From a phage, in sequence record PZ445134.1: a stretch of 64,000 bases of DNA. One strand, written 5' to 3'. The number at the start of each line of letters is the position of its first letter. The stretch's first letter is position 1. Of this stretch, positions 45,800 to 57,734 are shown piece after piece. The translations under genes were made by a program, and so were the position numbers. Under the pieces are notes generated by a model, which saw only the letters and a program-made list of their open reading frames with translations, had not been told where the DNA came from and did no database searches.

Positions 45800-46375
45800 T
45801 TGTTATTTACATTCTTCGACCCAATAGGATATAGTGCTAAAACAGTTAATAAGAACGCACCTACTATTCCTATGACAGACATATTTCGTAACTATAAAGA
45901 GTACTTTAAGCGTGTTGCTGCCAATTATAGATTACGTTCTTATTATATTAAAGGCTCTCCACGTCCTGAAGAACTAGCAAACATAATTTATGGCAACCCT
46001 CAATTATACTGGGTCCTTTTGATGTGTAATGATAACTATGATCCGTATTATGGTTGGATTACATCTCAGGAAGCAGCGTATCAAGCTTCTATTCAGAAAT
46101 ATGCTAATGCTGGCGGCGACCAAGTTCTTTATCATATTAATGAAAATCGTGAGAAATTTTACAATTTGGTTTCATATCCGGATGAGCCTTTAGTGTGGTA
46201 TGATAAAGGCGATAAAGCTCGTAAGTATCCACAATATAAAGGACCTTTAGCTGCAGTAGATACTTATGAAGCGGCTGTACTAGATAACGAAAAACTTCGT
46301 AAAATAAAAATTGTTGCAAAAGAAGATATAAACTCGTTTATCACAGATTTGATTCGTGAGATGGAGATTGCATAA
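45800..46375 (+). CDS. 53: baseplate wedge protein gp53
   Basis: MLFTFFDPIGYSAKTVNKNAPTIPMTDIFRNYK... resembles T4 gp53; apparent TTG start preceded by SD GGAAGGAG. Confidence 0.85.
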   Translation: MLFTFFDPIGYSAKTVNKNAPTIPMTDIFRNYKEYFKRVAANYRLRSYYIKGSPRPEELANIIYGNPQLYWVLLMCNDNYDPYYGWITSQEAAYQASIQKYANAGGDQVLYHINENREKFYNLVSYPDEPLVWYDKGDKARKYPQYKGPLAAVDTYEAAVLDNEKLRKIKIVAKEDINSFITDLIREMEIA

Positions 46376-48108
46376 TGGAAATGATTAGCAGTAGCCTTAA
46401 TTGGTTCGTGGGTGTTGTCGAGGACAGAATGGACCCATTAAAACAAGGGCGAGTTCGAGTTCGAGTCGTTGGTCTTCATCCGGCGCAGAGAACACAAGGT
46501 GATGTACAAGGTATTCCTACAGAAAAACTTCCATGGATGACTGTTATTCAACCTATTACGTCTGCATCAATGTCAGGTATTGGTGGTTCTGTTACAGGTC
46601 CTGTTGAAGGAACTCGAGTATATGGTCATTTCTTAGACAAATGGAAAACAAACGGTATTGTACTCGGTACGTATGGCGGAATTGTACGTGAAAAGCCTAA
46701 TAGACTTGAAGGTTTTTCAGACCCGACAGGCCAGTATCCGCGACGTTTAGGTAATGATACGAACGTATTAAACCAGGGTGGTGAAGCTGGTTATTATTCG
46801 AACTCTAACGTAATTCAAGATAACAACTTAGATTATGGTATAAACCCAGACGATACAGATTTAGCAAATATTCCAGAAGATGATGACCCTAATTTTACAA
46901 TAACAGAAATGTTACGTCGTGATGAAGGTCTTCGTGATAAAGTGTATTGGGACCATCTAGGGTATCCTACAGTAGGTATTGGACACCTTATCGTAATGGA
47001 AAAGACCCGAGACATGACTCGAATTAATAAATTGTTATCTGATCAAGTAGGGCGTGAAGTAACAGGAAATCCCGGGACTATTACATTAGAAGAAGCAACA
47101 GCTCTATTTGAGAAGGACCTTGCTAAGATGCAGAAAGACATTCGTTCTAATTCTAAAGTAGGTCCTGTTTATGCTAAAATGAACAGATCTCGCCAAATGG
47201 CATTAGAAAACATGTGCTTCCAGATGGGCGTTGGTGGTGTAGCAAAATTCAATACTATGCTTAAAGCAATGGCCGCAGGTGATTGGAAAACCGCATACAA
47301 ATCTGGACGCGATTCGTTATGGTTCCAACAGACTAAAGGGCGTGCTTCACGTGTAACAACAATTATTTTAACTGGTAACATGGAATCATATGGCGTTCCT
47401 GTTAAAACACCACCTTCACCAGGAGTTGGTGCTGATTTAGTTACTAGAAATACCGATCCAGAAGACCCGGCTGGTCCTCCTGTTCCGTTAGATTCACGTA
47501 TCCTTTTTAAAGAACCAGAATCAAGTTATCGTGGTGAGTATCCATACGTTCATGCTATGGAAACAGAAAGCGGTCATATCCAAGAATTTGATGATACTCC
47601 AGGTAACGAACGTTATCGCTTAGTTCATCCAACAGGGTCATATGAGGAAGTTTCTCCGTCTGGTCGTCGCACTCGTAAAACTGTAGAAGACCTTTTTGAC
47701 ATCACTAATGGCGATGGGAACTTCTTGATTTCCGGTGATAAACTTGTTAACGTTGGTGCTAACGAAATATATTATAACATGGCAGACCGCCTCCATCAAA
47801 TAGACGGCAATGACACAATCTTTATTCGTGGTAACCAATCTAAAACTGTTGAAGGCGATGGAACTCTTTACGTTAAGGGTAATATCAAAATAGTTGTTGA
47901 CGGAAATGCAGATATTCTTGTTAAAGGCGATGCTAAAACTCAAGTTGAAGGGAATCATGATTACACCGTCAACGGAAACGTTAAATGGACTGTTAATGGT
48001 AATGTTGATATGACTGTTGCCGGGGATTGGACAGAGACAATGTCTACAATGAGCTCAATAGCTTCAGGACAATATACTGTTGACGGATCTCGTATTGATA
48101 TTGGGTAA
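46375..48108 (+). CDS. 5: baseplate hub / tail lysozyme gp5
   Basis: 577 aa; central T4-lysozyme-like domain; C-terminal beta-helix repeats (VxGNxK...); T4 gp5 is 575 aa. Confidence 0.9.
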   Translation: MEMISSSLNWFVGVVEDRMDPLKQGRVRVRVVGLHPAQRTQGDVQGIPTEKLPWMTVIQPITSASMSGIGGSVTGPVEGTRVYGHFLDKWKTNGIVLGTYGGIVREKPNRLEGFSDPTGQYPRRLGNDTNVLNQGGEAGYYSNSNVIQDNNLDYGINPDDTDLANIPEDDDPNFTITEMLRRDEGLRDKVYWDHLGYPTVGIGHLIVMEKTRDMTRINKLLSDQVGREVTGNPGTITLEEATALFEKDLAKMQKDIRSNSKVGPVYAKMNRSRQMALENMCFQMGVGGVAKFNTMLKAMAAGDWKTAYKSGRDSLWFQQTKGRASRVTTIILTGNMESYGVPVKTPPSPGVGADLVTRNTDPEDPAGPPVPLDSRILFKEPESSYRGEYPYVHAMETESGHIQEFDDTPGNERYRLVHPTGSYEEVSPSGRRTRKTVEDLFDITNGDGNFLISGDKLVNVGANEIYYNMADRLHQIDGNDTIFIRGNQSKTVEGDGTLYVKGNIKIVVDGNADILVKGDAKTQVEGNHDYTVNGNVKWTVNGNVDMTVAGDWTETMSTMSSIASGQYTVDGSRIDIG

Positions 48109-48111
48109 CAT

Positions 48112-48627
48112 ATGGCACAAATACTTCCTTTAAATACCGACTTAGGAGAAGACATGGAAGGGGCGTCTATTGACGTCCTTTTTACTCCACAGTTAGAAAC
48201 AACCGAAACTTTAGTGTCAATAAATATAACAGATTATGAACCGACACAAGGCATTACGGTAGATGGTAATCGTTTATACGGAACATATGAAAGTGTGTTT
48301 AGCTTTTCTTCGGATGCATTGAAATACCGATTAAATGACGATTTTGAAACCGCATCTTCATGGGACGATTTACCAAAAGATGAATCCACACAGTTATATT
48401 TGTGGAGAGCTCCTCAGAATCTTCGTAAAGTGTTTAGTTATACGGTTGAAATGATTTATAACCACCAAGAAGAAAGTTCATCAGGCGGCTCAAGAAGTGA
48501 CTCTAGTACAGAACCTCCGCCAGCTCCAGTACAAAAAACTCTTACTAAGGTTTATACAAAAACTATAGTAGGAAATTGGAGCAAATGGGCTCAACAATTA
48601 CGAAACTATGTTTATGCGAGGCCATAA
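48112..48627 (+). CDS. hypothetical protein (5.1 position)
   Basis: 171 aa ORF between 5 and 5.4. Confidence 0.5.
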   Translation: MAQILPLNTDLGEDMEGASIDVLFTPQLETTETLVSINITDYEPTQGITVDGNRLYGTYESVFSFSSDALKYRLNDDFETASSWDDLPKDESTQLYLWRAPQNLRKVFSYTVEMIYNHQEESSSGGSRSDSSTEPPPAPVQKTLTKVYTKTIVGNWSKWAQQLRNYVYARP

Positions 48628-48629
48628 AA

Positions 48630-48923
48630 ATGTCTGGATTAAGTTACGACCAGTGCGTTACAACAGGTCATGAAGCATGGCCTCCTACAGTAATTAATGC
48701 TTCTCAATCTAAAGTATTCACCGGCGGTATTCCTGTTCTTGTAGCAGGAGACCAAATAACACCTCATACAGAAATTAAAAAACCGTACGAGACTCATGGT
48801 GGTGTTACTGAACCTCGTACATCTAAAGTATATGTCACCGGTAAAAAGGCCGTTCAAATGGCTGACCCAATTTCATGCGGGGATACTGTTTCTCAGGCCT
48901 CGTCAAAAGTCTTTATAAAATAG
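48630..48923 (+). CDS. 5.4: PAAR-repeat spike tip protein gp5.4
   Basis: 97 aa after trimming to MSGLSYDQ; same length as T4 gp5.4. Confidence 0.75.
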   Translation: MSGLSYDQCVTTGHEAWPPTVINASQSKVFTGGIPVLVAGDQITPHTEIKKPYETHGGVTEPRTSKVYVTGKKAVQMADPISCGDTVSQASSKVFIK

Positions 48924-48931
48924 GAATTAAA

Positions 48932-50902
48932 ATGGCAAACACTCCTGTAAATTATCAGTTAGTCAGAACGGCGAATGCTATTCCCGAAATTTTTATCGGG
49001 GGCACATTTGCCGAAATCAAACAGAACATTATCGAATGGCTCAATGGGCAGAATGAATTTCTTGATTATGATTTTGAAGGTTCGCGTTTAAACGTATTGT
49101 GTGACCTTTTAGCATATAACACTCTTTACATCCAACAGTTCAGTAATAGTGCAGTGTATGAAAGTTTTATGCGTACTGCAAACTTGCGTAGTTCTGTTGT
49201 ACAAGCGGCTCAGGATAATGGATATTTGCCTGCATCTAAATCAGCAGCACAAACAGAAATTATGCTTACATGTACGGATGCATTAAATAGAAACTATATC
49301 ACTATTCCACGTGGCACTCGTTTCCTGGCGTATGCTAAAGGTACTTCTGTAAATCCATATAACTTTGTCTCTACCGAAGACGTCATTGTAGTTAAAGATA
49401 AAAATAATCAATATTTCCCACGTCTTCGATTAGCTCAAGGACGTATTGTTCGCACTGAATTAACATTTGATAAATTAAAACCTATCATTATTCGCGATAA
49501 GAACATCGATCGTAATTTGGTTAAATTGTATGTTGACGGAGCAGAATGGATTAACTGGACTCGCAAATCGATGGTTCATGCTGGTTCTACTTCAACCATT
49601 TATTATATGAGAGAAACTGTTGACGGGAACACTGAATTTTATTTTGGTGAAGGTGAAATCTCTATTAACACATCAGAAGGTGCTTTAACATCCAACTACA
49701 TTGGTGGCCTTAAACCTGTCCAGGGTTCTAAAATCGTAATTGAATATATTTCTACTAATGGTGCTGAAGCAAATGGTGCAGTAGGATTCTCTTATGCTGA
49801 TACATTAGCTAATATCACAGTTATTGGAATTAATGAAAACCCAAGTAATAACCCTGACTTCGTTGGTGCGGATGGCGGTGGCGACCCTGAAGATATTGAA
49901 CGTATCCGTGAATTAGGTACAATTAAACGCGAAACTCAACAACGATGTGTGACTGCGACTGATTACGACACATTCGTCTCTGAACGATTTGGTTCTATTA
50001 TTCAAGCGGTTCAGACATTTACGGATTCATCTAAGCCTGGGTACGCATTTATTGCTGCTAAACCTAAGTCTGGGTTATATTTGACTTCAGTCCAACGAGA
50101 CGATATTAAAAATTATCTTAATGAGTATAACTTAGGGACGATAACTCCTGTTGTTATTTCTCCTGATTATTTGTTTATTAAAATGAATATTCGCGTTACG
50201 TATGCATTGAACAAATTACAGGAATCTGAACAATGGTTAGAAGGCCAAATTATTAATAAAATCGACCGTTATTATATTGAAGACGTGGAAATTTTTAACT
50301 CGTCATTCGCAAAATCTAAAATGTTAACGTATGTCGATGACGCAGATATTTCTATCATTGGTTCGTCTGCGACTATTCAAATGGTTCGCGAGGTACAGAA
50401 CTTCTACAAAACACCTGAAACAGGTATTAAATACAATAATCAGATTAAAGATAGAACATTAGAATCTAACGTGTTTTCATTTGATAGTTTACGCGTTGAC
50501 CCTGAAACGGAAGCTACTATTAAATATGACGTTCGCATTGTAGGTTCAGATAGAAATGACCGTGGCATTGGACAAGTTATTATTGGCCCGTTTGCAGATG
50601 GCGACGTTATAGAAAATGCTTATATTCAACCATATACTGGTGACGATTTTAATAAACTTCATGTTACGGACGGAAGAAACAAATATTACTCTATAGGTGA
50701 AGTAAATTATCCGGCTGATTCAATTTATTGGAATATAGCTAAAATTGATTTAACTTCTGATAGGTTTGAAGTTCAAACTATTGAACTCTATTCAGACCCA
50801 GCCGATGATGTTATCTTTACTAAAGACGGGTCATTAATTGTATTTGAAAATGACTTACGTCCACAATATTTAACCATAGATTTGGAGCCTATTTCACAAT
50901 GA
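48932..50902 (+). CDS. 6: baseplate wedge protein gp6
   Basis: 656 aa after trimming to MANTPVNYQ; T4 gp6 is 660 aa. Confidence 0.85.
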   Translation: MANTPVNYQLVRTANAIPEIFIGGTFAEIKQNIIEWLNGQNEFLDYDFEGSRLNVLCDLLAYNTLYIQQFSNSAVYESFMRTANLRSSVVQAAQDNGYLPASKSAAQTEIMLTCTDALNRNYITIPRGTRFLAYAKGTSVNPYNFVSTEDVIVVKDKNNQYFPRLRLAQGRIVRTELTFDKLKPIIIRDKNIDRNLVKLYVDGAEWINWTRKSMVHAGSTSTIYYMRETVDGNTEFYFGEGEISINTSEGALTSNYIGGLKPVQGSKIVIEYISTNGAEANGAVGFSYADTLANITVIGINENPSNNPDFVGADGGGDPEDIERIRELGTIKRETQQRCVTATDYDTFVSERFGSIIQAVQTFTDSSKPGYAFIAAKPKSGLYLTSVQRDDIKNYLNEYNLGTITPVVISPDYLFIKMNIRVTYALNKLQESEQWLEGQIINKIDRYYIEDVEIFNSSFAKSKMLTYVDDADISIIGSSATIQMVREVQNFYKTPETGIKYNNQIKDRTLESNVFSFDSLRVDPETEATIKYDVRIVGSDRNDRGIGQVIIGPFADGDVIENAYIQPYTGDDFNKLHVTDGRNKYYSIGEVNYPADSIYWNIAKIDLTSDRFEVQTIELYSDPADDVIFTKDGSLIVFENDLRPQYLTIDLEPISQ

Positions 50903-53900
50903 CAGTAAAAGCGCCAGCAGTCACGAGTCTCAGATTATCTAAATTGTCCGCAAACCAAGTTCAAATTCGCTGGGATGAGGTTGGCGCTAATTTCTACTAT
51001 TTTGTGGAAATAGCTGAGACCAAAACAGCTAACGGGGAAGCAATTCCCCGTAATAGTTATAGATGGACTAATTTAGGATATACCGCTGATAACAATTTCT
51101 TTGAGTCTGGTTTAAATTCATTGACAACATATATGATGCGTGTGGCTACAGCAGCGGAGGGATTTGAGCAGTCTGATTGGAGATACACCGAAGAGTTTGA
51201 AACATTTGAAATAAACGCTTATACATTCCAACATATGATTGAAATGCAATTAGCTAACGAGTTTATTTCTGAAAAATTTACAAAAAATAATACCAACTAC
51301 GTTGATTTTAATAATGACACGATCATGGCAGCACTGATGAGCGAGTCGTTCCAATTTAGTCCTGCATACACCGATGTGTCATCGATTAGAAATTTTATAA
51401 TTGGCGAAAATCAGTATCATGAAATCCAGGGGCATATCCAAGATGTATGTAAAGATATAAATCGAGTATATCTAATGGAATCTGAAGGAATTCTTTACCT
51501 TTTTGAAAGATTCCAACCTATTGTAAAAGTGTCTAATGATAAAGGCCAAACATGGAAAGCGGTTAAATTGCTTAATGACCGTGTAGGATATCCACTTTCA
51601 CGAACCGTATATTACCAATCAGAATATACGACGTATTTGCTCGGCTATGATAAGATTTTTTACGGGCGTAAATCATCCGATATTCGTTGGTCTGCTGATG
51701 ATGTTCGTTTCAGTTCACAAGATGTAACATTTGCTAAAATAGGGGACCGATTAAATTTAGGTTTTGATGTAGAGATTTTCGGTACATACGCGTCATTACC
51801 AGGAAACGTATCACGTATTGCAGAAGCTATTACTTGTAATGATGACTATGTTTATATTGCGGCCAGAGATAAAGTTCGCTTCGTTAAAACCAGTAACGCT
51901 CCTATTGATTCAGATCCATTATCTCCGACCTATTCCGAACGATTGTTTGAACCTGAGACGTTTACAATAACAGGCAACCCTAAAGCAGTTTGTTATAAAA
52001 TGGATTCTGTTGGTGGAAGAATATTCGCTCTTATTATTGGTGAAGTCGAAAACGTTAATGATGACCCAAGAACAAAGCCTATTTTGGATTCCGTTGATAA
52101 AGGTGTATACGTTTTAGACCATGACGCTGGAACATTTAAAAGGATATTTGGTAATACCGAAGAAGAACGCCGTCGTATAGAACCGGCTTTCACCAATATG
52201 TCTACTGATGGTGTTGAGCTTTATATCTCTTCTAGTAATTTTAAATTTTTAGAATCTGATATTGTTGACGACCCAGAAACGCAATCTAAGTATGGACTTT
52301 TAGGAGCAGTTAAGTACGAATATCCTAGAGAATGGCTCGCAGATAAACATTACCATATGATGATTTTCGCATCAAACGAAGAAAGTAATTGGGAAACTTT
52401 TTCACCAACTCCTATGCAGTATTATGCAGAACCTTTCTTTAGTTATTCTAGAAAATCAGGCACACGTTCTTGGATTAATAACTCTGATAGAGCGGTAGTG
52501 ATTTATTCTGATTTGCTTTACACAAAGGTAGTGGAAAGCCACCCCAGCACTTCACCTGATCGTAAAGTTCATGAATACTGGAATGATGGTGATTGTAAGA
52601 TTGTTATGCCGAATATAGAATTCACTGGATTTAAAAAATACGCATCTGGTATGTTGTTTTATAAATCATCAGGTGAAATAATTTCATATTACGATTTTAG
52701 TTATCGTGTTAGAGATAATGTTTCTATAATTTGGAAGCCCACTAACGTATTTTTGACCTCCTCATTACAAAACCAAGAAAAAGAAACTTCTTGGGTTCCT
52801 GTTGAAGAGACAGGTCTAGCTGACCCGGATTTACGCCCATTACTCACTACAATGATGCCAGAGTCTTATCTGTTGGATAATACAAACTTTGAAGCATTTT
52901 GTGAAGCGTATATTCAATATCTTTCTGATGGATACGGGACTCATTATAATAACTTATTGAATTTGATTAAAAATAAATACCCACGAGAAGAACACGCATG
53001 GGAATATCTTTGGTCTGAAATTTATAAACGGAACATTTATTTGAATGCTGAGAAACGTGATTTAGTTTCTAGGTTCTTTGAGTCCAGAAGTTACGATTTT
53101 TATTCTACTAAAGGAACTGAAGCGTCGTATAAGTTTTTGTTTAAAGTTCTTTATAACGAAGACGTTGAAGTGGAAATTGAGTCATCTGCTGGAACAGAGT
53201 ACGATATCATAATTCAATCTGATTCTATAAGTGAAGATTTGGTTGGACAAACTATATACACCGCTACAGGTAGATGTAATGTTACATATTTAGAAAGAAG
53301 CTATTCTAAAGGTAAATTACAATGGACTGTGACTATTCATAACCTTTTAGGTAGGCTTTTAGTCGGTCAAGAAGTAAAAGCCGAAAGACTAGCAGATTTT
53401 GAAGGTGAAATAGTTCGCGGTATTAAAGGTAAAGAACTTGCCCAAAACACTATTGATTATTTTAATCGTGGTAGAGCTTATTACGTCATGAAAATAAAGT
53501 CAAATCTTCCATCCTCTCGTTGGAAATCTGACGTACTACGTTTTGTACATCCGGTAGGATTTGGATTTATTGCAATAACCTTATTAACAATGTTTATTAA
53601 TACAGGATTAACGCTTAAACATGTTGAAACTATTATTAATAAATATAAAAATTATAAGTGGGATTCCGGACTGCCTACGGAATATGCAGACCGCGTCGCT
53701 CGTTTAGACCCTCAAGGTAATGTAGAATTCAATCCTGTTACAGGTGAAGTAATTTATGATGCCGGTCCTTATGCCGGTATCGAATACCCTTTACCTGCAA
53801 ATTATAACGAAGAAAATGATAACTCTATTTTCCAAGGACAATTACCGTCCGAACGACGCAAGCCAATGAGCCCATTATTTGATGCATCAGGTACAACGTT

Positions 53901-53997
53901 CTCTAGATTTAGAGAGCTTGTTAATGAAAGATTGTTAGATAACGTGGGAAATCCTAGAGACCCGATTAATCCACCACAGGTTAAATTAGATGAATGA
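50899..53997 (+). CDS. 7: baseplate wedge initiator gp7
   Basis: 1032 aa, identical length to T4 gp7. Confidence 0.88.
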   Translation: MTVKAPAVTSLRLSKLSANQVQIRWDEVGANFYYFVEIAETKTANGEAIPRNSYRWTNLGYTADNNFFESGLNSLTTYMMRVATAAEGFEQSDWRYTEEFETFEINAYTFQHMIEMQLANEFISEKFTKNNTNYVDFNNDTIMAALMSESFQFSPAYTDVSSIRNFIIGENQYHEIQGHIQDVCKDINRVYLMESEGILYLFERFQPIVKVSNDKGQTWKAVKLLNDRVGYPLSRTVYYQSEYTTYLLGYDKIFYGRKSSDIRWSADDVRFSSQDVTFAKIGDRLNLGFDVEIFGTYASLPGNVSRIAEAITCNDDYVYIAARDKVRFVKTSNAPIDSDPLSPTYSERLFEPETFTITGNPKAVCYKMDSVGGRIFALIIGEVENVNDDPRTKPILDSVDKGVYVLDHDAGTFKRIFGNTEEERRRIEPAFTNMSTDGVELYISSSNFKFLESDIVDDPETQSKYGLLGAVKYEYPREWLADKHYHMMIFASNEESNWETFSPTPMQYYAEPFFSYSRKSGTRSWINNSDRAVVIYSDLLYTKVVESHPSTSPDRKVHEYWNDGDCKIVMPNIEFTGFKKYASGMLFYKSSGEIISYYDFSYRVRDNVSIIWKPTNVFLTSSLQNQEKETSWVPVEETGLADPDLRPLLTTMMPESYLLDNTNFEAFCEAYIQYLSDGYGTHYNNLLNLIKNKYPREEHAWEYLWSEIYKRNIYLNAEKRDLVSRFFESRSYDFYSTKGTEASYKFLFKVLYNEDVEVEIESSAGTEYDIIIQSDSISEDLVGQTIYTATGRCNVTYLERSYSKGKLQWTVTIHNLLGRLLVGQEVKAERLADFEGEIVRGIKGKELAQNTIDYFNRGRAYYVMKIKSNLPSSRWKSDVLRFVHPVGFGFIAITLLTMFINTGLTLKHVETIINKYKNYKWDSGLPTEYADRVARLDPQGNVEFNPVTGEVIYDAGPYAGIEYPLPANYNEENDNSIFQGQLPSERRKPMSPLFDASGTTFSRFRELVNERLLDNVGNPRDPINPPQVKLDE

Positions 53998-54994
53998 TTC
54001 AAGTGTTGTCTATCGTGCGATAGTTACTTCAAAATTTAGAACTGAAAAAATGTTGAATTTCTACAATTCAATAGGTGATGGTGATAATAAAAACACCATC
54101 TTTATAACGTTTGGTCGGTCTGAACCATGGGCTGCTAATGAAAATGAGGTGGGCTTCGCCCCACCGTATCCAACAGACTCGGTTTTAGGTGTAACAGATA
54201 TGTGGACTAACATGATGGGTTTAGTTAAAGTTATCCCATCTATGTTAGACTCGGTTATTCCTAGACGTGACTGGGGAGATATTCGTTATCCGGACCCTTA
54301 TACATTCAAAATAAATGATATAGTCGTATGTAATACAGCCCCATATAATGCCACTGAAGTTGGGGCCGGATGGTTAGTATATCGTTGCGTAGATGTTCCT
54401 GATGTTGGGATGTGTTCTATTGAGTCTCTCGACAACAAAGAAGAATGTCTTAAATTAGGTGGTAAATGGACTCCGTCTGTTCGTTCTATGTCTCCTCCTG
54501 AAGGCCGTGGAGATGCTGAAGGGATTATCGAAGTTGGTGATGGATATATATGGGAGTATCTTTATGAGATTCCACCTGATGTGTCTATAAACAGATGTAC
54601 TAATGAATATATAGTCGTTCCATGGCCGGAAGAAGTTAAAGAAGACCCTGCTCGTTGGGGATATGAAAACAATCTAACCTGGCAACAAGATGATTTTGGC
54701 CTTGTGTATAGAGTTAAAGCAAACATAATTCGTTTTAAAGCCTATTTAGACTCAGTTTATTTCCCTAATGCAGCACTGCCTGGTAATAAAGGATTTAGAC
54801 AAATTTCTATTATCACAAACCCGTTGGAAGCTAAACTCCGTCCTAATGACCCTAATATAAAGGCTGAAAAGGATTATTATGACCCCAGAGATTTACAGCG
54901 TCATTCTGGTGAAATGATTTATATGGAAAACCGTCCACCTATTATTATGGCAATGGATCAAACCGAAGAGATCAATATTTTGTTTATGTTCTAA
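53990..54994 (+). CDS. 8: baseplate wedge protein gp8
   Basis: 334 aa, same as T4 gp8. Confidence 0.88.
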   Translation: MNDSSVVYRAIVTSKFRTEKMLNFYNSIGDGDNKNTIFITFGRSEPWAANENEVGFAPPYPTDSVLGVTDMWTNMMGLVKVIPSMLDSVIPRRDWGDIRYPDPYTFKINDIVVCNTAPYNATEVGAGWLVYRCVDVPDVGMCSIESLDNKEECLKLGGKWTPSVRSMSPPEGRGDAEGIIEVGDGYIWEYLYEIPPDVSINRCTNEYIVVPWPEEVKEDPARWGYENNLTWQQDDFGLVYRVKANIIRFKAYLDSVYFPNAALPGNKGFRQISIITNPLEAKLRPNDPNIKAEKDYYDPRDLQRHSGEMIYMENRPPIIMAMDQTEEINILFMF

Positions 54995-54997
54995 TTT

Positions 54998-55022
54998 AGG
55001 GAGACTTCGGTCTCCCTTTCGT
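54998..55022 (+). terminator. rho-independent terminator after gene 8
   Basis: GGGAGAC-TTCG-GTCTCCC followed by TTTC. Confidence 0.65.
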
Positions 55023-55023
55023 G

Positions 55024-55031
55024 TATAAATA
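55024..55031 (+). promoter_or_regulatory. late promoter TATAAATA (for gene 9)
   Basis: exact TATAAATA 26 nt upstream of gp9 ATG. Confidence 0.6.
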
Positions 55032-55056
55032 GTATAAACTATTAAGGATTAGCCAC

Positions 55057-55920
55057 ATGTATATTCAAACTCCAAAACAATTGATTGACGTTGGCGAAAT
55101 TGGTAACGCTTCTACAGGCGATATCCTTTTTGACGGCGGTGTTAAAATAAACAATGATATAAATGCTATTTACAATGCGTTTGGTGACCAACGAAAAATG
55201 GCAACTGCTAATGGGACAGGACCAAATGGGCAAATAATCCATGCCACTGGATACTACCAAAAAGGAGGCCCTACTGATTATTTCACCCCTGTTCCAGTAG
55301 GAAGTAGACATGACATAGATGCTTCTACCGGTGGTGTTATTGTTACTGTTGCTAGAGGTGAACTCGGTGATTCCGTGGAATTTATAAATTCAAACGGGTC
55401 AATTTCTGTAAACAACCCATTAAGTATCCAAGCATTAGATTCTATTAAAGGTGTTGCAGGTAATTTAGTTATAACTACACCTTATACTAAAGTTACTCTT
55501 CGTTGTATTTCTTCTGGTGCAGGCGGTTCAATATGGGATTATTCTACAGAAAGTATGTTTAGTCATACCGAAATTCCTGTAGACGGGACATGGAATATTA
55601 TTTCAGACTATGTCAATATTCCTCTATTTTATAAAACTGAATATAATGCTGCTAAACTTTTGGTTACATGCCAATCTGCCAACGGCAGAAAAATTAAATC
55701 ATGCGAAATAAATATTCTAATAGATACAATTAATTCAAGAGTTATTTCAACCGAATACGCAGTGATGCGCGTTGGTAATGATAACGAAGAAGATGAAATT
55801 GCGAATATTAGTTTTTCGATAATTAACAATTTTGCCACTATGACAGTTTCTTCACATATAAATGGTCTTCGAGTGGCAGCTAAAGTTATTTCAACTCAGA
55901 AAATTAGGGTCGCTCAATAA
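55057..55920 (+). CDS. 9: baseplate protein gp9 (long tail fiber socket)
   Basis: 287 aa; T4 gp9 is 288 aa. Confidence 0.88.
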   Translation: MYIQTPKQLIDVGEIGNASTGDILFDGGVKINNDINAIYNAFGDQRKMATANGTGPNGQIIHATGYYQKGGPTDYFTPVPVGSRHDIDASTGGVIVTVARGELGDSVEFINSNGSISVNNPLSIQALDSIKGVAGNLVITTPYTKVTLRCISSGAGGSIWDYSTESMFSHTEIPVDGTWNIISDYVNIPLFYKTEYNAAKLLVTCQSANGRKIKSCEINILIDTINSRVISTEYAVMRVGNDNEEDEIANISFSIINNFATMTVSSHINGLRVAAKVISTQKIRVAQ

Positions 55921-57734
55921 TGAAACAAAATATTAAAATTGGGAACGTCGTTGATGACGGACAAGGCGATTACCTTCGTCGTGGTGGTGCAAAAATTAAT
56001 GAAAACTTTGATGAGTTGTATTATGAATTAGGCGATGGCGAAGTTCCGTATTCCGCTGGTGCCTGGAAAACATACCATTCTTCAGATGGACTTAATTTAG
56101 CTGCTGAATGGGGTAAATCATACGCAATTGATACTTCAACAGGGCGTGTTTCTATAAATTTACCTAAAGGAACAGTGGAAGATTATAATAAAGTAATTAG
56201 AGCCCGTGATGTATTCGCCACATGGAATATTAACCCTGTAACATTAATTGCTGCCAGCGGTGATACTATTAAAGGTTCTTCTAGCCCAGTAGAAATCAAT
56301 GTGCAGTTTTCAGACTTAGAATTAGTTTACTGTTCTCCTGGGCGCTGGGAATACGTTAAAAATAAACAAATAGACAAAATTACTAGTTCTGATATTAGTA
56401 GTGTAGCTCGTAAAGAATTTTTAGTCGAAGTTCAAGGTCAAACTGATTTTCTCAATGTATTTGGGCCTGTTTCTTATAATGTGAATAATATCCGTGTAAA
56501 ACATCGTGGTAACGAATTATACTACGGTGATGCGTTCAGTGACAATAGTGACTTTGGTTCTCCAGGAGCTAATCCTGGAGAAATCGTTGCATTAGATGGT
56601 AAAAACATCCGTTTAAGACAACCATGTAATATTGGCGACACCGTACAAATTGAAACCTTTTTGGATGGGATTACACAATTACGCAGTTCTTATTCTCGCC
56701 GCCAAATACGTATTTTAGATTCTAAATTAACAACCCGTCCTTCCTTAGAAGGAAGTGTATATGTCGCTGATTTGTCAACTTTGAAATCTATTCCTTTTTC
56801 GGCATTTGGAGTTAATCCTTCAGAACCGGTCAATACTAATTCTTTAGAAGTTCGTTTTAATGGCATTCTTCAAGAATTAGCTGGTACTGTTGGTTTACCT
56901 ATGTTCAGATGTGAAGGTGCTGATGCAGAAACTTCTACTGAGTGTTCAGCTTTAGGTGGGACTTGGGTTACATCTAACACAGATTATTCTATTGAATATG
57001 ATGATAACGATGCAACTATTGCACGTGCTTTAGTCTTTGACCGTAAGTTTGAAGACCAAGACATTATTGATATTACATGGTTTAATAACGATTTAGGCAC
57101 TTTATTAAGTATCGATGACATTTTAGATACAACTGATGAAAAGTATGTCGCACAAGGTGCAACCGTAAATGTGACCGGCGATGTGGCTTTGACCGATTTC
57201 AATAATATCGGATGGCCTAATGTAGAATCTGTTCCGGCATATAGCAGGGAATTCTCATCTATTGCAAATATTTTTAACACTATTTACCCTGTCGGTACTA
57301 TTTACGAAAATGCAGTGAACCCTAATAACCCAGCCACGTATTTAGGATTTGGTTCTTGGAAATTATGGGGACAAGGAAAAGTATTAGTTGGATGGAACGA
57401 CGATATTAGCGATCCTAATTTTGCATTAAATAATAACGACCTTGATTCTAGCGGGAATCCTACACATACCGCCGGTGGAACAGTCGGAACAACGTCTAAC
57501 ACACTAACTAATTCTGATTTACCTCCTACTCAAACTGACGAGAAAGTTCTTATTTCCGATGAGAACGGTACAATTATTATTGGTGGATGTCAATACGACC
57601 CTGATGCAGAAGGTCCTATATACACCAAATACCGTGAAGGCCACGCCACAACGAATAGTACACACGTACCGCCTCAAACCGTAAATAATATTCAACCGTC
57701 AATTACCGTATACCGTTGGGTAAGGATTGCATAA
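55920..57734 (+). CDS. 10: baseplate wedge protein gp10
   Basis: 604 aa; T4 gp10 is 602 aa. Confidence 0.88.
   Translation: MKQNIKIGNVVDDGQGDYLRRGGAKINENFDELYYELGDGEVPYSAGAWKTYHSSDGLNLAAEWGKSYAIDTSTGRVSINLPKGTVEDYNKVIRARDVFATWNINPVTLIAASGDTIKGSSSPVEINVQFSDLELVYCSPGRWEYVKNKQIDKITSSDISSVARKEFLVEVQGQTDFLNVFGPVSYNVNNIRVKHRGNELYYGDAFSDNSDFGSPGANPGEIVALDGKNIRLRQPCNIGDTVQIETFLDGITQLRSSYSRRQIRILDSKLTTRPSLEGSVYVADLSTLKSIPFSAFGVNPSEPVNTNSLEVRFNGILQELAGTVGLPMFRCEGADAETSTECSALGGTWVTSNTDYSIEYDDNDATIARALVFDRKFEDQDIIDITWFNNDLGTLLSIDDILDTTDEKYVAQGATVNVTGDVALTDFNNIGWPNVESVPAYSREFSSIANIFNTIYPVGTIYENAVNPNNPATYLGFGSWKLWGQGKVLVGWNDDISDPNFALNNNDLDSSGNPTHTAGGTVGTTSNTLTNSDLPPTQTDEKVLISDENGTIIIGGCQYDPDAEGPIYTKYREGHATTNSTHVPPQTVNNIQPSITVYRWVRIA

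Noticed and set aside
48915-48925. TATAAAATA motif just before gene 6
   Set aside because: Has an extra A relative to TATAAATA, lies only 8 nt from the gene 6 ATG, and is inside the gp5.4 coding sequence.
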